A stretch of DNA of 64,000 nucleotides, from positions 3,642-67,641 of the forward strand of contig CAYVUY010000001.1 in NCBI GenBank assembly GCA_964455195.1. Direction: 5' to 3'. Made by a program: the position numbers and the translations under genes. Under the pieces are notes generated by a model. The model was not told the origin of the DNA, did not search any database, and saw nothing but the letters and a program-made list of their open reading frames with translations. Position 1 is the first letter of the stretch, and every line of letters begins with the position of its first letter. This DNA is from an uncultured Candidatus Saccharibacteria bacterium (GTDB taxonomy: Bacteria; Patescibacteriota; Minisyncoccia; Phycocordibacterales; UBA5272). Shown here piece after piece: positions 9,448 to 19,232 of this stretch.

Positions 9448-10701
9448 TTATTTTTTATAATATCTTTCGATAAAATTATTTTTGAATTTTAAAAAGTTAC
9501 CTTCGATGAGAGCTTGTCGTGCATTCTCCACTAATGTAGTGATAAATTTAAGATTATGAAGTGATGCGATAGTGGCTCCTGTCATTTCATCAGAACGGAA
9601 TAAATGTGCGAGATAGCTCTTCGTATACTGATGTGTGTACCATGTAGGTTCATCTGATACTGGCGTCATATCTTCTTTGTACTTTGCATTGAATATATTG
9701 ATACGACCATCAAGAGTATAGAGTCCACCATTACGCGCAATACGTGTCGGAGCAACACAGTCGAAGGTATCTATTCCATTTTCTATTCCAAGTAAAATAT
9801 CTAACGGTTCTCCAATGCCAAGTAGGTGACGAGGTTTACCTTCTGGTAGAATTTCATTCACCCATCTCACAGCTGTACCCATATCTTCTTTTGTAAAACT
9901 TCCCCCTATTCCATATCCATCGAAATCCATAGCACCTAGAATTCTAGCTGATTCCTTGCGTAAATCTTCATATGCTCCACCTTGCACAACTCCAAAAAGT
10001 GCTTGCATTTCTCCAGTAGCTTGTGATACTCCGAGGCGCTTATGTTCTCTTAAACTGCGCTCTGCCCAGCTATGGGTTCTGTCTATTGCTTTTAATTGAT
10101 ACTCCTTCGGAGCTAGTGGTGAGGTACATTCATCAAATGCAAAAAACATATCCGCGCCCAAGTTGTGCTGTATCTGCATACTGCGCTCTGGTGTGAAGCG
10201 ATGCTCACTCCCATCAATAATAGATTTAAACGTCACACCTTCATCATCTATTACCGCTAACTTCTCATGTGCATTCGTTGTTTCCTTTTTCTCACGCTTG
10301 GAAATATCTTGTGTTTCTAATTCTGATATTTCTTTACTTGTTGCAATCTTACTTACACCATGCCCCATAGCTTGTCCTAAAGAAAATACTTGGAAGCCTC
10401 CTGAATCAGTAAATGTTGGACCATTCCATCCCATCATCTTGGCGAATCCTCCGTGCTTTGCTACAAGCTCATCTCCTGGTTCAAGATAAAGATGATATGT
10501 ATTTGCAAGCACTGCTTCTGCACCTACATAATCACGTACTTGTTCTGGGGTAAGTGACTTCACTGTGGCTTTCGTACCTACTGTAATAAATGCTGGAGTT
10601 TTAATATCACCATGTGGAGTATGGATAACGCCCGCACGCGCCAAAGGCGCTTCAGAAGACTTTTTTACTATTTCAAAATTAAATATTTTATTCATTTTCA
10701 A
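9448..10701 (-). CDS. tgt: tRNA-guanine transglycosylase
   Basis: ANTYHL, TDSGGFQVFSL, FDEC, VQGG, DTFDCVAPTR motifs. Confidence 0.96.
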   Translation of the reverse strand: MKMNKIFNFEIVKKSSEAPLARAGVIHTPHGDIKTPAFITVGTKATVKSLTPEQVRDYVGAEAVLANTYHLYLEPGDELVAKHGGFAKMMGWNGPTFTDSGGFQVFSLGQAMGHGVSKIATSKEISELETQDISKREKKETTNAHEKLAVIDDEGVTFKSIIDGSEHRFTPERSMQIQHNLGADMFFAFDECTSPLAPKEYQLKAIDRTHSWAERSLREHKRLGVSQATGEMQALFGVVQGGAYEDLRKESARILGAMDFDGYGIGGSFTKEDMGTAVRWVNEILPEGKPRHLLGIGEPLDILLGIENGIDTFDCVAPTRIARNGGLYTLDGRINIFNAKYKEDMTPVSDEPTWYTHQYTKSYLAHLFRSDEMTGATIASLHNLKFITTLVENARQALIEGNFLKFKNNFIERYYKK

Positions 10702-11188
10702 TATTTTTAAACATCCTATAAGAATCGGTAATGAACCCTAAAGATTCATAAAAACAAATAGCCTTACTGTTTCTTGCTTTTACATTTAATCTTACAATAG
10801 TTATTCCTTTGCTTTTAGCCCACCCATAGAAATCTGCAAGCAGACCCGTGCCGATTTTACTCCCTCTAAATTCTTCAACAACAAAAATCCCATCACAAAA
10901 TGCTATTTTTTCGACACCAAAATAATTACTAATATCTTCTGTATAGCCTAAAATATATCCGATTGGATTTTCATTAGAAAATATAATTTCGCAAAATACA
11001 TCGTGATTGAAAGCCTCTTTTATTTCTTTTTTAAAATCGACCTCGGGTGTTTGTTTAGGCTTTAGCTCCGAATAGTTAAAGTTATTTTTAATATATTCAT
11101 CATTAAAGTTCTGATACAAAAAAATTAATGCGTCTCTATGCAACTCTAAATTTTCTTTAGATACAATAATCTTTTTAAACTCAATCAT
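10688..11188 (-). CDS. GNAT family N-acetyltransferase
   Basis: Acetyl-CoA motif VVEEFRGSKIG and NSKAICFYESLGF. Confidence 0.88.
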   Translation of the reverse strand: MIEFKKIIVSKENLELHRDALIFLYQNFNDEYIKNNFNYSELKPKQTPEVDFKKEIKEAFNHDVFCEIIFSNENPIGYILGYTEDISNYFGVEKIAFCDGIFVVEEFRGSKIGTGLLADFYGWAKSKGITIVRLNVKARNSKAICFYESLGFITDSYRMFKNIENE

Positions 11189-11301
11189 ATCGGCATTCTA
11201 CCATGAATTGTAAAGTAAGAAGAAACAGTGTAGGCTACATCGTAAGTGCTCATTTTATTTTCGCGAGCAACCCATCCACCTTATTCATTGAAGGATTTTC
11301 C

Positions 11302-12081
11302 ATGACCAATAACGAAAAGAATGCTCAGGCAAACTTTGAGAAGTTGGTGATGGATACAGTCATTCAAATTGACTCCTTCACCCCTTCAAAGAATGCACAC
11401 GATCGCGAGCGATTGTATCAGCTCGTAACCACCATTTTACTAGCCTCGCTCAAGCATTTTGGCAAAGCTGGTATGAAAGGTATTGTCAGAACAATGCTCT
11501 TTAGTGCCAAAAAGCACGCGGGGGTATACAGGGCTGATGAATCTACTCCATATTTCCATCATCCGCTTGAAGTTACGCTCATCGCTTTTTCTTGTGGAGT
11601 CTTTCACTATAAACTCACGCAAGCGATGATTGCGCATGATACGTACGAGGATACCGATACGCTACTAAATGAGTTACAGAGACTGTTCGGACTTCTCGTG
11701 AGAGAAATTGTCTCGCATGTCAGCAAAAAGAAGCATGCTGACGGCACTCCTGACAAGTACTTCTTCCGGCGGTTGCGTCGTTGCAAGAAACTGCTAGTTC
11801 GCATACTTGCAATTATTGCGAAATTTGCCGACCGAATCCACAATCAAAAAACAACAAAGCCTTTAAGTGAGGAGAAGGTACGCCGGAAAATTGCCGAAAC
11901 AGAAAAGGAGTTCCCACTACTTGAGAAGGTCCTTCGCAGGTCCGTCAAAGAGTACGTTAAGATTCACAAGAAGGAACTATACCTTCTGCGCGCAGTGGAT
12001 TTGCTCGTCTTGCAACTGCGAGATGCAGTAAGAGCTGCGAAACATGAGCTTGCCTCGCGAGGTAAGAATCCGTCGCCGTAA
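11302..12081 (+). CDS. Stand-alone RelA/SpoT-type HD hydrolase (small alarmone hydrolase / Mesh1-like)
   Basis: PYFHHPLEV, AHDTYEDT, KFADRIHN; AAGGA SD before ATG 11302. Confidence 0.85.
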   Translation: MTNNEKNAQANFEKLVMDTVIQIDSFTPSKNAHDRERLYQLVTTILLASLKHFGKAGMKGIVRTMLFSAKKHAGVYRADESTPYFHHPLEVTLIAFSCGVFHYKLTQAMIAHDTYEDTDTLLNELQRLFGLLVREIVSHVSKKKHADGTPDKYFFRRLRRCKKLLVRILAIIAKFADRIHNQKTTKPLSEEKVRRKIAETEKEFPLLEKVLRRSVKEYVKIHKKELYLLRAVDLLVLQLRDAVRAAKHELASRGKNPSP

Positions 12082-12117
12082 CCCAGTGCAACATCGGGTA
12101 CGGCGACTTTTGTTTTG

Positions 12118-13266
12118 TTATGCAAATTTCTTTATTGTTTCCGCTACGATACCGACTATTTCTTTATCGAACATACTTGGAAGAATTTTTTCAGTACTTA
12201 TATCCTTCACATGATCAGCGAGCGCGATAGCGATAGCGACGAACATTTCCGTCTTAAACTGTGGTACACGTCCATCAAGCATTCCACGAAATGCTCCAGG
12301 GAATACGAGTGAATTATTAATTTGATTCGGATAATCACTTCGTCCTGTAGCCATAATGAACACCCCTGCTTGGTGAGCTACCTCTGGCATAATCTCCGGT
12401 GTCGGATTTGCAAGTGCGAATATGATAGGTCGTTCTGCCATAGTCTCCACCATTTCTTTCGTTAATACATTCGGCTTAGATAATCCAATGAAGATATGAG
12501 CTCCGACGAGTGCATCTTTCAATTCTCCTTCGTATCCTGAAAGCGCACTTGCAAATAATAACTCTTTCTTTTCTTTGGTGAGTTCAGTGCGTTCTTTGTG
12601 AATAATTCCTTTTGTATCACAGAACAAAATATGTTTAATTCCATAAGCAAGAAGTAATCGCGCAGTAGCAACTCCAGCTGCTCCTATACCATTAATAACA
12701 ACTCTGGCTTCTTCTTTTGTAATTCCTCGTAACTTAAGTGAATTAATTACTGCAGTAAGCGATACAGTTCCTGCCCCCCATTGATCGTCATGCATTACAG
12801 GAATATTTAATTCTTTTCGCAATCTTTCTTCTATTTCGAAACATCGTGGTGCTGCGATATCTTCTAGATTAATAGCACCGAATACTGGAGCAATATGCTT
12901 CACTGCTTTTATAATTTCTTCTGTATCTTGAGTATCAAGACAAATTGGAAACGCATCAACATTAGCAAATGATTTTAGTATCGCAGCTTTACCTTCCATA
13001 ACAGGAAGGGCTGCTTGTGGTCCAAGATTACCAAGTCCAAGTATCGCAGAGCCATCAGTGACTATTGCAACAGTGTTTCTTTTAAGCGTGTAATCATAGA
13101 CGGTATCAGGATGAGCGGCTATCTCACGACATACTTCTGCTACCCCAGGTGTATATGCTCGTGAAAGATCTTCACGAGTTGCGAGTGGCACCTTAAGTCC
13201 AGTTTCAATCTTTCCGTGAAATTTTTTATGTAATTCTAACGCTTCTTTATTATAATCGTGATTCAT
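12118..13266 (-). CDS. NAD(P)-dependent malic enzyme
   Basis: AYTPGVA, TDGSAILGLG, PVMEGKA, INLEDI, HDDQ, ATGRSDYPNQINN. Confidence 0.95.
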   Translation of the reverse strand: MNHDYNKEALELHKKFHGKIETGLKVPLATREDLSRAYTPGVAEVCREIAAHPDTVYDYTLKRNTVAIVTDGSAILGLGNLGPQAALPVMEGKAAILKSFANVDAFPICLDTQDTEEIIKAVKHIAPVFGAINLEDIAAPRCFEIEERLRKELNIPVMHDDQWGAGTVSLTAVINSLKLRGITKEEARVVINGIGAAGVATARLLLAYGIKHILFCDTKGIIHKERTELTKEKKELLFASALSGYEGELKDALVGAHIFIGLSKPNVLTKEMVETMAERPIIFALANPTPEIMPEVAHQAGVFIMATGRSDYPNQINNSLVFPGAFRGMLDGRVPQFKTEMFVAIAIALADHVKDISTEKILPSMFDKEIVGIVAETIKKFA

Positions 13267-13338
13267 GTGTTGTTATTAGTTATTGGTAATTAGTTCAACT
13301 TTTCGTTAAATGTGGTGATAGATAGTATACTTCTTTAT

Positions 13339-13833
13339 ATGAGAAATCTAAAAACTATGTTACCAGAGATTGTTTATGGTGGGTCAGATGGTGTCGTTAC
13401 CACCTTTTCAGTAATGGCCGGAGCGGCTGGCGCTGGATTAGATCCGAAAGTAGTGATTATTTTGGGATGTGCTAACCTCGCTTCCGATGGCTTCTCCATG
13501 GCTTCCGCTGACTTCCTTGCAGAAGAATCAAAAGAAAAATCAAATGAAAAGAAATCCTTACATCAAGCGATTACTACTTTTGTGTCTTTCGTAGGTATTG
13601 GACTTGTACCTCTTATCCCGTTTCTTTTTGCACTATGTGTGACCTTGCCTGCGAATGAATTCTTTCTTTCTACATTACTCACCTTCATTGCCTTCATCTC
13701 TATTGGATATATGCGTGGGTATGTACTGAAGAAAAATAAACTAGGAACGATACTAGAGTCTGTGGGTATAGGCTCATTGTGTGCTGGCCTTGCTTATCTG
13801 GTGGGCCAAATGATTGCAGTAGTGATCGGGTAG
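13339..13833 (+). CDS. VIT1/CCC1 family Fe/Mn transporter
   Basis: VYGGSDGVVTTF and ANLASDGFSMA motifs, several TM helices. Confidence 0.9.
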   Translation: MRNLKTMLPEIVYGGSDGVVTTFSVMAGAAGAGLDPKVVIILGCANLASDGFSMASADFLAEESKEKSNEKKSLHQAITTFVSFVGIGLVPLIPFLFALCVTLPANEFFLSTLLTFIAFISIGYMRGYVLKKNKLGTILESVGIGSLCAGLAYLVGQMIAVVIG

Positions 13834-13853
13834 TTACTAGTTATTGGTTGGTA

Positions 13854-14011
13854 GTTTACTTCGCGATTGCAATTGCATTGGCCGAGTAAATATTTGGATG
13901 CAATACGAAAATAATGTTTCAAAAAAAGTTATGAGGCGTAGAGAGCGGTACGTTGAAAAACTTTTTGAAAATATCAAGTAGGGCGCCAAATAGTGACTCG
14001 GTGTTTACTTC
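13854..14011. repeat. Long hairpin element C between 9-bp direct repeats
   Basis: gtttacttc at 13854-13862 and 14003-14011; nested inverted repeats 13882-14001. Confidence 0.65.
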
Positions 14012-14895
14012 ATATAGAGTTCCATCTTGGCACGTACCACCTTCTTCATTTCTTCTTGCCCTTCCTTTCCGAACTTATATGGCGCAACTTCTTGTGGGTG
14101 CTCATTTACATATCGAGTTACTCCATCTCGGAATGCTTTTCTAATTTCGGTATTGATATGTACTATAGAAACACCATTATCTATTGAGCCCATGAGGTCT
14201 TCGTCTGTATTTCCTGATGCGCCGTGTAGCACAAGTGGTACGTCTACTGTAGTGATGATTTCTTTCAATCTATCGATGTGTAGTTTAGGCTCTTCTGCGT
14301 CAATTAACATACCGTGCACATTACCAATGGCTGGAGCGAACATATCGATTCCTGTTCTAAGTACGAAATCCTGTGCCTGCTCTTTGGTTGTTAAATTCTC
14401 ATCACTTACCCCCTCTGGGAGAGCGCTATTAAGTGATGATGACTGCCCTATGTATCCAAGTTCTGCTTCCACGAGAATGCGCTTACCGGTTTTACTCTCA
14501 TACTCACGAACGAAATCAACACACTTCTTAACGAGTGCGACGTTTTCTTCATACGGAAGTTTCGCTCCGTCTACGATAACACTGTCATATCCTAGCTCTA
14601 CCACCTCTTGCACCTTTTCGAATGAATAGGTGTGATCTGCATTTAAGAAAATAGGTATAGAATATTCTTGATTGAGTTGATTTACGATAGCGCGAACCAT
14701 AGCAACACCCATATAACCACGTTCCCCTTCACTTACTCCGATGATGACTGGTTGTTTAAGCTCCTCAGCTACATCGCAGATTGTTCTCGCCTGATCTAGG
14801 TTAGAGATATTAAAGTGAGCAATTGCTTTACCTTGCTCTTTATAGGAAATAATGGTTTCGTAATATGTTGGTGATTGGTTCTTTAATTCTTTCAT
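14005..14895 (-). CDS. fba: Class II fructose-bisphosphate aldolase
   Basis: LNADH, VEAELG, IGNVHG, LVLHGASG, HINTE. Confidence 0.93.
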   Translation of the reverse strand: MKELKNQSPTYYETIISYKEQGKAIAHFNISNLDQARTICDVAEELKQPVIIGVSEGERGYMGVAMVRAIVNQLNQEYSIPIFLNADHTYSFEKVQEVVELGYDSVIVDGAKLPYEENVALVKKCVDFVREYESKTGKRILVEAELGYIGQSSSLNSALPEGVSDENLTTKEQAQDFVLRTGIDMFAPAIGNVHGMLIDAEEPKLHIDRLKEIITTVDVPLVLHGASGNTDEDLMGSIDNGVSIVHINTEIRKAFRDGVTRYVNEHPQEVAPYKFGKEGQEEMKKVVRAKMELYMK

Positions 14896-14938
14896 ATCAA
14901 CAAGTATATAGTAAACCCAAGTGATAGACTAGAAAGAT

Positions 14939-15925
14939 ATGAATAACGAATACGATGTAATCGCAATTGGAGATAGTGTTGTTGAACCATTTATACGACT
15001 TAACTTAGGACATGAACAAACTGACGAACACGGAGGAGAACTTTGTATTCCTTTCGGAACCAAAATCCCTTATGAAAGTGCTACATTAATAGCAGGTGTA
15101 GGAAATGCAGCTAACGCCGCAGTATCTGCATCACGTATTGGCCTTAAGGTGGCACTTGTTACATTCTTAGGAAATGATAGCTATGGTCTTGAATGTATCA
15201 ATCGTCTACAACGTGAAGGGGTAGATATGACTTTTGCAGCTCAACAAGAAGGTAAGCACACTAACTATCACTATGTGCTTTGGCATGGAGAAGAGCGTAC
15301 TATTTTAATAAAGCATGAAAGTTTCGACTACAAACTACCAGATATTGGTAATCCTAAGTGGCTTTATTTCTCATCTGTTGCTGAACACACTGAAGCTTTC
15401 CATAAAGAAATTGGAGAGTATCTCAAGTCTCATCCTGATGTAAAACTTGCATTCCAACCTGGAACATTCCAAATGAAAATGGGAATAGAAGCCCTTAAGG
15501 ATATCTATGCTCGCACGGAAGTATTTTGTGCCAATAAAGAAGAATACATGATGATGCTTGGAATGGATGGAAGTGATATAAAAGCCATGATGGACAAGAT
15601 GCAAGAACACGGACCGAAAATTATTCTTTTAAGTGATGGTCCACATGGGGCTTACATGAAGTATGATGGGAAGTATTTCTATGTACCACTTTATCCTGAT
15701 ATTGCACCCCCTCTTGAGCGCACTGGAGCGGGAGATGCTTTCGCAAGTACATTCGTAAGTTATATTATCAAGGGATTCGCTCCTGAAGATGCGCTACTTA
15801 GAGCACCAATTAACAGTATGAATGTGAATCAACATATTGGTGCGCAAGAAGGATTACTACAAGACAAAGACATTGAAAACTATATAGTAAAAGCTCCTGC
15901 GGACTACAAGGTGAAAAGTATCTAA
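14939..15925 (+). CDS. PfkB family carbohydrate kinase
   Basis: GNAANAAVSASRIG and RTGAGDAF signatures. Confidence 0.92.
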   Translation: MNNEYDVIAIGDSVVEPFIRLNLGHEQTDEHGGELCIPFGTKIPYESATLIAGVGNAANAAVSASRIGLKVALVTFLGNDSYGLECINRLQREGVDMTFAAQQEGKHTNYHYVLWHGEERTILIKHESFDYKLPDIGNPKWLYFSSVAEHTEAFHKEIGEYLKSHPDVKLAFQPGTFQMKMGIEALKDIYARTEVFCANKEEYMMMLGMDGSDIKAMMDKMQEHGPKIILLSDGPHGAYMKYDGKYFYVPLYPDIAPPLERTGAGDAFASTFVSYIIKGFAPEDALLRAPINSMNVNQHIGAQEGLLQDKDIENYIVKAPADYKVKSI

Positions 15926-15928
15926 TCT

Positions 15929-15973
15929 TAAGTAATTAAAAACTCGCACAATGTGCGAGTTTTTAATTACTTA
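15929..15973. terminator. Bidirectional terminator
   Basis: taagtaattaaaaactcgcac...gtgcgagtttttaattactta. Confidence 0.85.
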
Positions 15974-16948
15974 GCCAAGCACTGTCTTTCTTACGTGATC
16001 CATTATGTGCTTGTAATTAAGACCGTATTCTTCATATAAATCTACTGCTTTACCGCTTTGGCCGAATCTATTTTGTACTGCTACTATACTCATCTTAGTA
16101 GGTTGATGCTGGGATAGTAATGATGCTACCGCATCCCCTAGTCCACCAACTGCTTGATGCTCTTCTACTGTTACTATTCTTTTCATATCTTTTGCAAAAC
16201 GTAGAACAAATGCTTCATCGAGTGGTTTAATTGTTGGCATATTCGCAACTGTCACCCCTATACCTTCCTTTTCAAGTTCACGAGACGCTTTAATCGCTTC
16301 ATAAAGTAATGGACCGCAACCGATAATTCCCATGGTAAGCGGATGAGTCTTCTTCGGAATATGCATCACATACCCTTTACCGAAATTAAATGTATATGTA
16401 TCAGTAAGCATGAGCGGAGTCTTTTCACGAGTAAGACGAAGGTATACTGGTCCATCGATATTAGGCATAGCGAGAGTCGCTTTCTCTGCTTCTACTCCAT
16501 CACATGGAACTATCACTGACATATTGGGAATAAGTCTCATGAGACCCACATCTTCAAGAGCTTGATGTGTTGCTCCGTCAGGACCCACAGAAACTCCAGC
16601 GTGCGCACCGACGATTTTAACAGGAACATTATTATAAGCGATAGTAGTACGAATTTGTTCCCAGTTACGACCTGGAGAAAACATTGCGTAACTTGCCATA
16701 AAAGGAATCTTCCCTGCGGATGCCATACCGGATGCCACTCCACTCATAGCTTGTTCTGTGATACCCATTTCGAAAAATCGCTTCGGATAAAGTTCACGGA
16801 ATTTATCCATCTTGGTACTTTCTGTAAGATCAGCGCAGAGCGCCACTACTCTCTCGTCTGTTTTTCCAAGTGAAAGTAATGCCTCACCGAATCCTTCTCG
16901 TGTAGCTTTTTCCTCTTCACTCCCTGTAAATAAAGTTTTTCTTAACAT
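15971..16948 (-). CDS. Transketolase, C-terminal subunit
   Basis: GITEQ, GPDGATHQALED, VTVEEH. Confidence 0.93.
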   Translation of the reverse strand: MLRKTLFTGSEEEKATREGFGEALLSLGKTDERVVALCADLTESTKMDKFRELYPKRFFEMGITEQAMSGVASGMASAGKIPFMASYAMFSPGRNWEQIRTTIAYNNVPVKIVGAHAGVSVGPDGATHQALEDVGLMRLIPNMSVIVPCDGVEAEKATLAMPNIDGPVYLRLTREKTPLMLTDTYTFNFGKGYVMHIPKKTHPLTMGIIGCGPLLYEAIKASRELEKEGIGVTVANMPTIKPLDEAFVLRFAKDMKRIVTVEEHQAVGGLGDAVASLLSQHQPTKMSIVAVQNRFGQSGKAVDLYEEYGLNYKHIMDHVRKTVLG

Positions 16949-16952
16949 AAAT

Positions 16953-17819
16953 TTAATCTGCTGCGTGTGTAATTTTACCGCGAAAAGTTCTCAGTTCTTT
17001 AAGAGCCATCTTCGCCTCATCTTCATTCGGTGCTTTTCCATGCCAATGGAAATCTCCCTCGAATTCTTTTACTCCTTTACCAGGAATAGTACGAGCGATA
17101 ATTACAGTAGCATAATCAAGCGTACTCTTCGCCTGTCCCACAGCAGAACATATCGCTCTCATATCATGTCCATCAACCTCAATCACATTTAAATTAAAAG
17201 CTTTTAGTTTATCTGCGAGTGGTTCAAGTGGTAACACTGTCTCAGTAAAGCCATCAATTTGAATAGTATTTCTATCGATAATGGTAATAATATTTTTAAA
17301 TTTCTCACGTCCCAAAATAAGAAGTGACTCCCAAACTTGTCCTTCATTCATTTCACCATCCCCCATAACACAATAAATATATCTATCAGGTTTATGTTCT
17401 TCTAATCTATCAACAAACGCCATACCTATTGCCTGTGATAATCCGCATCCAAGCGGTCCACTTGATGTTTCTACACCAGGAAGAGTCTCTCTATGTGGGT
17501 GCCCCTGTAGACGAGAACCGAAACGACGAAGTGTTTTAAGTTCAGATACTGGGAAATACCCAGAGTGCGCAAGAGATGCGTAGAGAACTGGAGCAGTATG
17601 ACCATTAGAAAGAACCAACTTATCTCGGTGTGACCACGCTGGATTCTTAGGGTTGTGATTAAGTAATCTAAAATAAAGACAAGAGAAAATATCTGCCATT
17701 CCAAGAGGTCCTGCAGTGTGCCCTGAACCTGCTTCAAGCAACATAGAAATAATACTCTCACGAATATCTTCTGCTCGAAGTTCAAGTGCTTCTACTTCTA
17801 TGTCAGTGATGTTATGCAT
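16953..17819 (-). CDS. Transketolase, N-terminal subunit
   Basis: SGH, LSNGH, LQGHP, TPP motif GDGE...N, WHGKAP; likely start MHNITD. Confidence 0.93.
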   Translation of the reverse strand: MHNITDIEVEALELRAEDIRESIISMLLEAGSGHTAGPLGMADIFSCLYFRLLNHNPKNPAWSHRDKLVLSNGHTAPVLYASLAHSGYFPVSELKTLRRFGSRLQGHPHRETLPGVETSSGPLGCGLSQAIGMAFVDRLEEHKPDRYIYCVMGDGEMNEGQVWESLLILGREKFKNIITIIDRNTIQIDGFTETVLPLEPLADKLKAFNLNVIEVDGHDMRAICSAVGQAKSTLDYATVIIARTIPGKGVKEFEGDFHWHGKAPNEDEAKMALKELRTFRGKITHAAD

Positions 17820-17872
17820 TGTATTAGTATATCGTGCTAAATGATTAGTAAACAGTAGATAGCTAAAGGCAC

Positions 17873-18547
17873 CTACTGACAAATCGTACTTTCAATAATA
17901 GATAATTCTGAATAAGCGGTTCCAATATCATCGTGTCGTGATAAATAAGAACCTACAACAATATTCGTAGCACCAGCATTAGCTACTTTCTGTGCTGTTT
18001 CTGGACGCATTGCACCATCTACCTGTACGTGTACATCCGGAAATACTTGTAAGCTGTGCGCTATCCGTTCTAAACAAGACTCGTCGAAGAGTTGCCCTTG
18101 CTCCCCTATTTGTTCTATTCCCATTACTTGTACAAAAAGTTTATGCTTCTTCTCACGATAGAATCGTATCTTATTATCAAATTCATCCAAAAGATGATCA
18201 TTAGAAACCGCAAGACCAGTGTAGATATGTGAGTCAGCAACCATTCCAAGAAACTCATCGATATCTTCATTACTCCATTGGTCAATATGAATGACGAGAC
18301 GTTTAAATCCGAGCGCCACAACCCTAGGAACATATGTGCGCCAATCATATACCATTAAATCGCATTCATATTCAATTGAGTCTTTACTAGGTAATACTTC
18401 ATCTCCGCTAGGTAACCATGTGAGTTCGCGCCCCATACGGCCATCACAAAGGTCTATCTGTACACGCGTAGCAAAACCAGAAAGTCTTTCTAACTTCTCA
18501 GCTATTTCATCAAATGATTTAGGAAGTATCGCTGGAGTTATTTGCAT
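17873..18547 (-). CDS. rpe: Ribulose-phosphate 3-epimerase (divergent)
   Basis: ITPAIL, IDLCDG, GEQGQLF, QVDG, VVGS; position in the pentose-phosphate cluster. Confidence 0.82.
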   Translation of the reverse strand: MQITPAILPKSFDEIAEKLERLSGFATRVQIDLCDGRMGRELTWLPSGDEVLPSKDSIEYECDLMVYDWRTYVPRVVALGFKRLVIHIDQWSNEDIDEFLGMVADSHIYTGLAVSNDHLLDEFDNKIRFYREKKHKLFVQVMGIEQIGEQGQLFDESCLERIAHSLQVFPDVHVQVDGAMRPETAQKVANAGATNIVVGSYLSRHDDIGTAYSELSIIESTICQ

Positions 18548-18999
18548 AGTTCTTCTATCATAATTACTCTATCGGCATGACGTTCTTGATGTGAGAATGG
18601 AGTGGACAAGAATACTTCTACAGCTTTCTTAGTGTCATCAAAATTAACGAATCGCGCACCAATAGAGAGTACATTCGCATCATTGTGCTCGCGTGAGAGT
18701 TTCACTAATTCTAAATCACCACCATTATATATTCCGGCACGTACGTGGTGGAAGCGATTTGCTACTATCGCCTCTCCCGTACCAGAGCCACCGAAGATAA
18801 TGGCCATAGAAGGTTCATGCATTGCATCATCTTGCACCGCCTTGGCAGCAATAGCCATATATTTAGGATAGTCATCACCATCTATGTAGGATTCTGCTCC
18901 GCAATCCACAACAGAATATTCACTCTTTTCAGAAAGCCAATTCTTAACTTGTTCTTTTAATTCAAAACCTGCGTGGTCAGTAGCTAAATATAATTTCAT
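18538..18999 (-). CDS. rpiB: Ribose-5-phosphate isomerase B
   Basis: DHAGFELK, DDYP, GGSGTGE, REHNDANVL. Confidence 0.95.
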   Translation of the reverse strand: MKLYLATDHAGFELKEQVKNWLSEKSEYSVVDCGAESYIDGDDYPKYMAIAAKAVQDDAMHEPSMAIIFGGSGTGEAIVANRFHHVRAGIYNGGDLELVKLSREHNDANVLSIGARFVNFDDTKKAVEVFLSTPFSHQERHADRVIMIEELCK

Positions 19000-19023
19000 A
19001 TCCTATAAGTATATCTTAATCCT

Positions 19024-19230
19024 TCAGTTAATTACAAAATATAACAACTGTTCTAATGTAATAAATTCATAGCCCATGTACCCACCGAAATTTTCTTCAT
19101 AACAACCTTTGTAATTACAGGGCGTATAGCTTGTTTGAATAAAAGCTCTATGAGGAATTATCGGTATGAATAAAGACAAGGCTAAAAAAACACAACTACA
19201 ACTAAAAAGTGTGATTAACACCCTCTTCAT
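19024..19230 (-). CDS. Small membrane/secreted hypothetical protein
   Basis: 68-aa ORF with hydrophobic N-terminus filling the gap between gap and rpiB. Confidence 0.5.
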   Translation of the reverse strand: MKRVLITLFSCSCVFLALSLFIPIIPHRAFIQTSYTPCNYKGCYEENFGGYMGYEFITLEQLLYFVIN

Positions 19231-19232
19231 CT

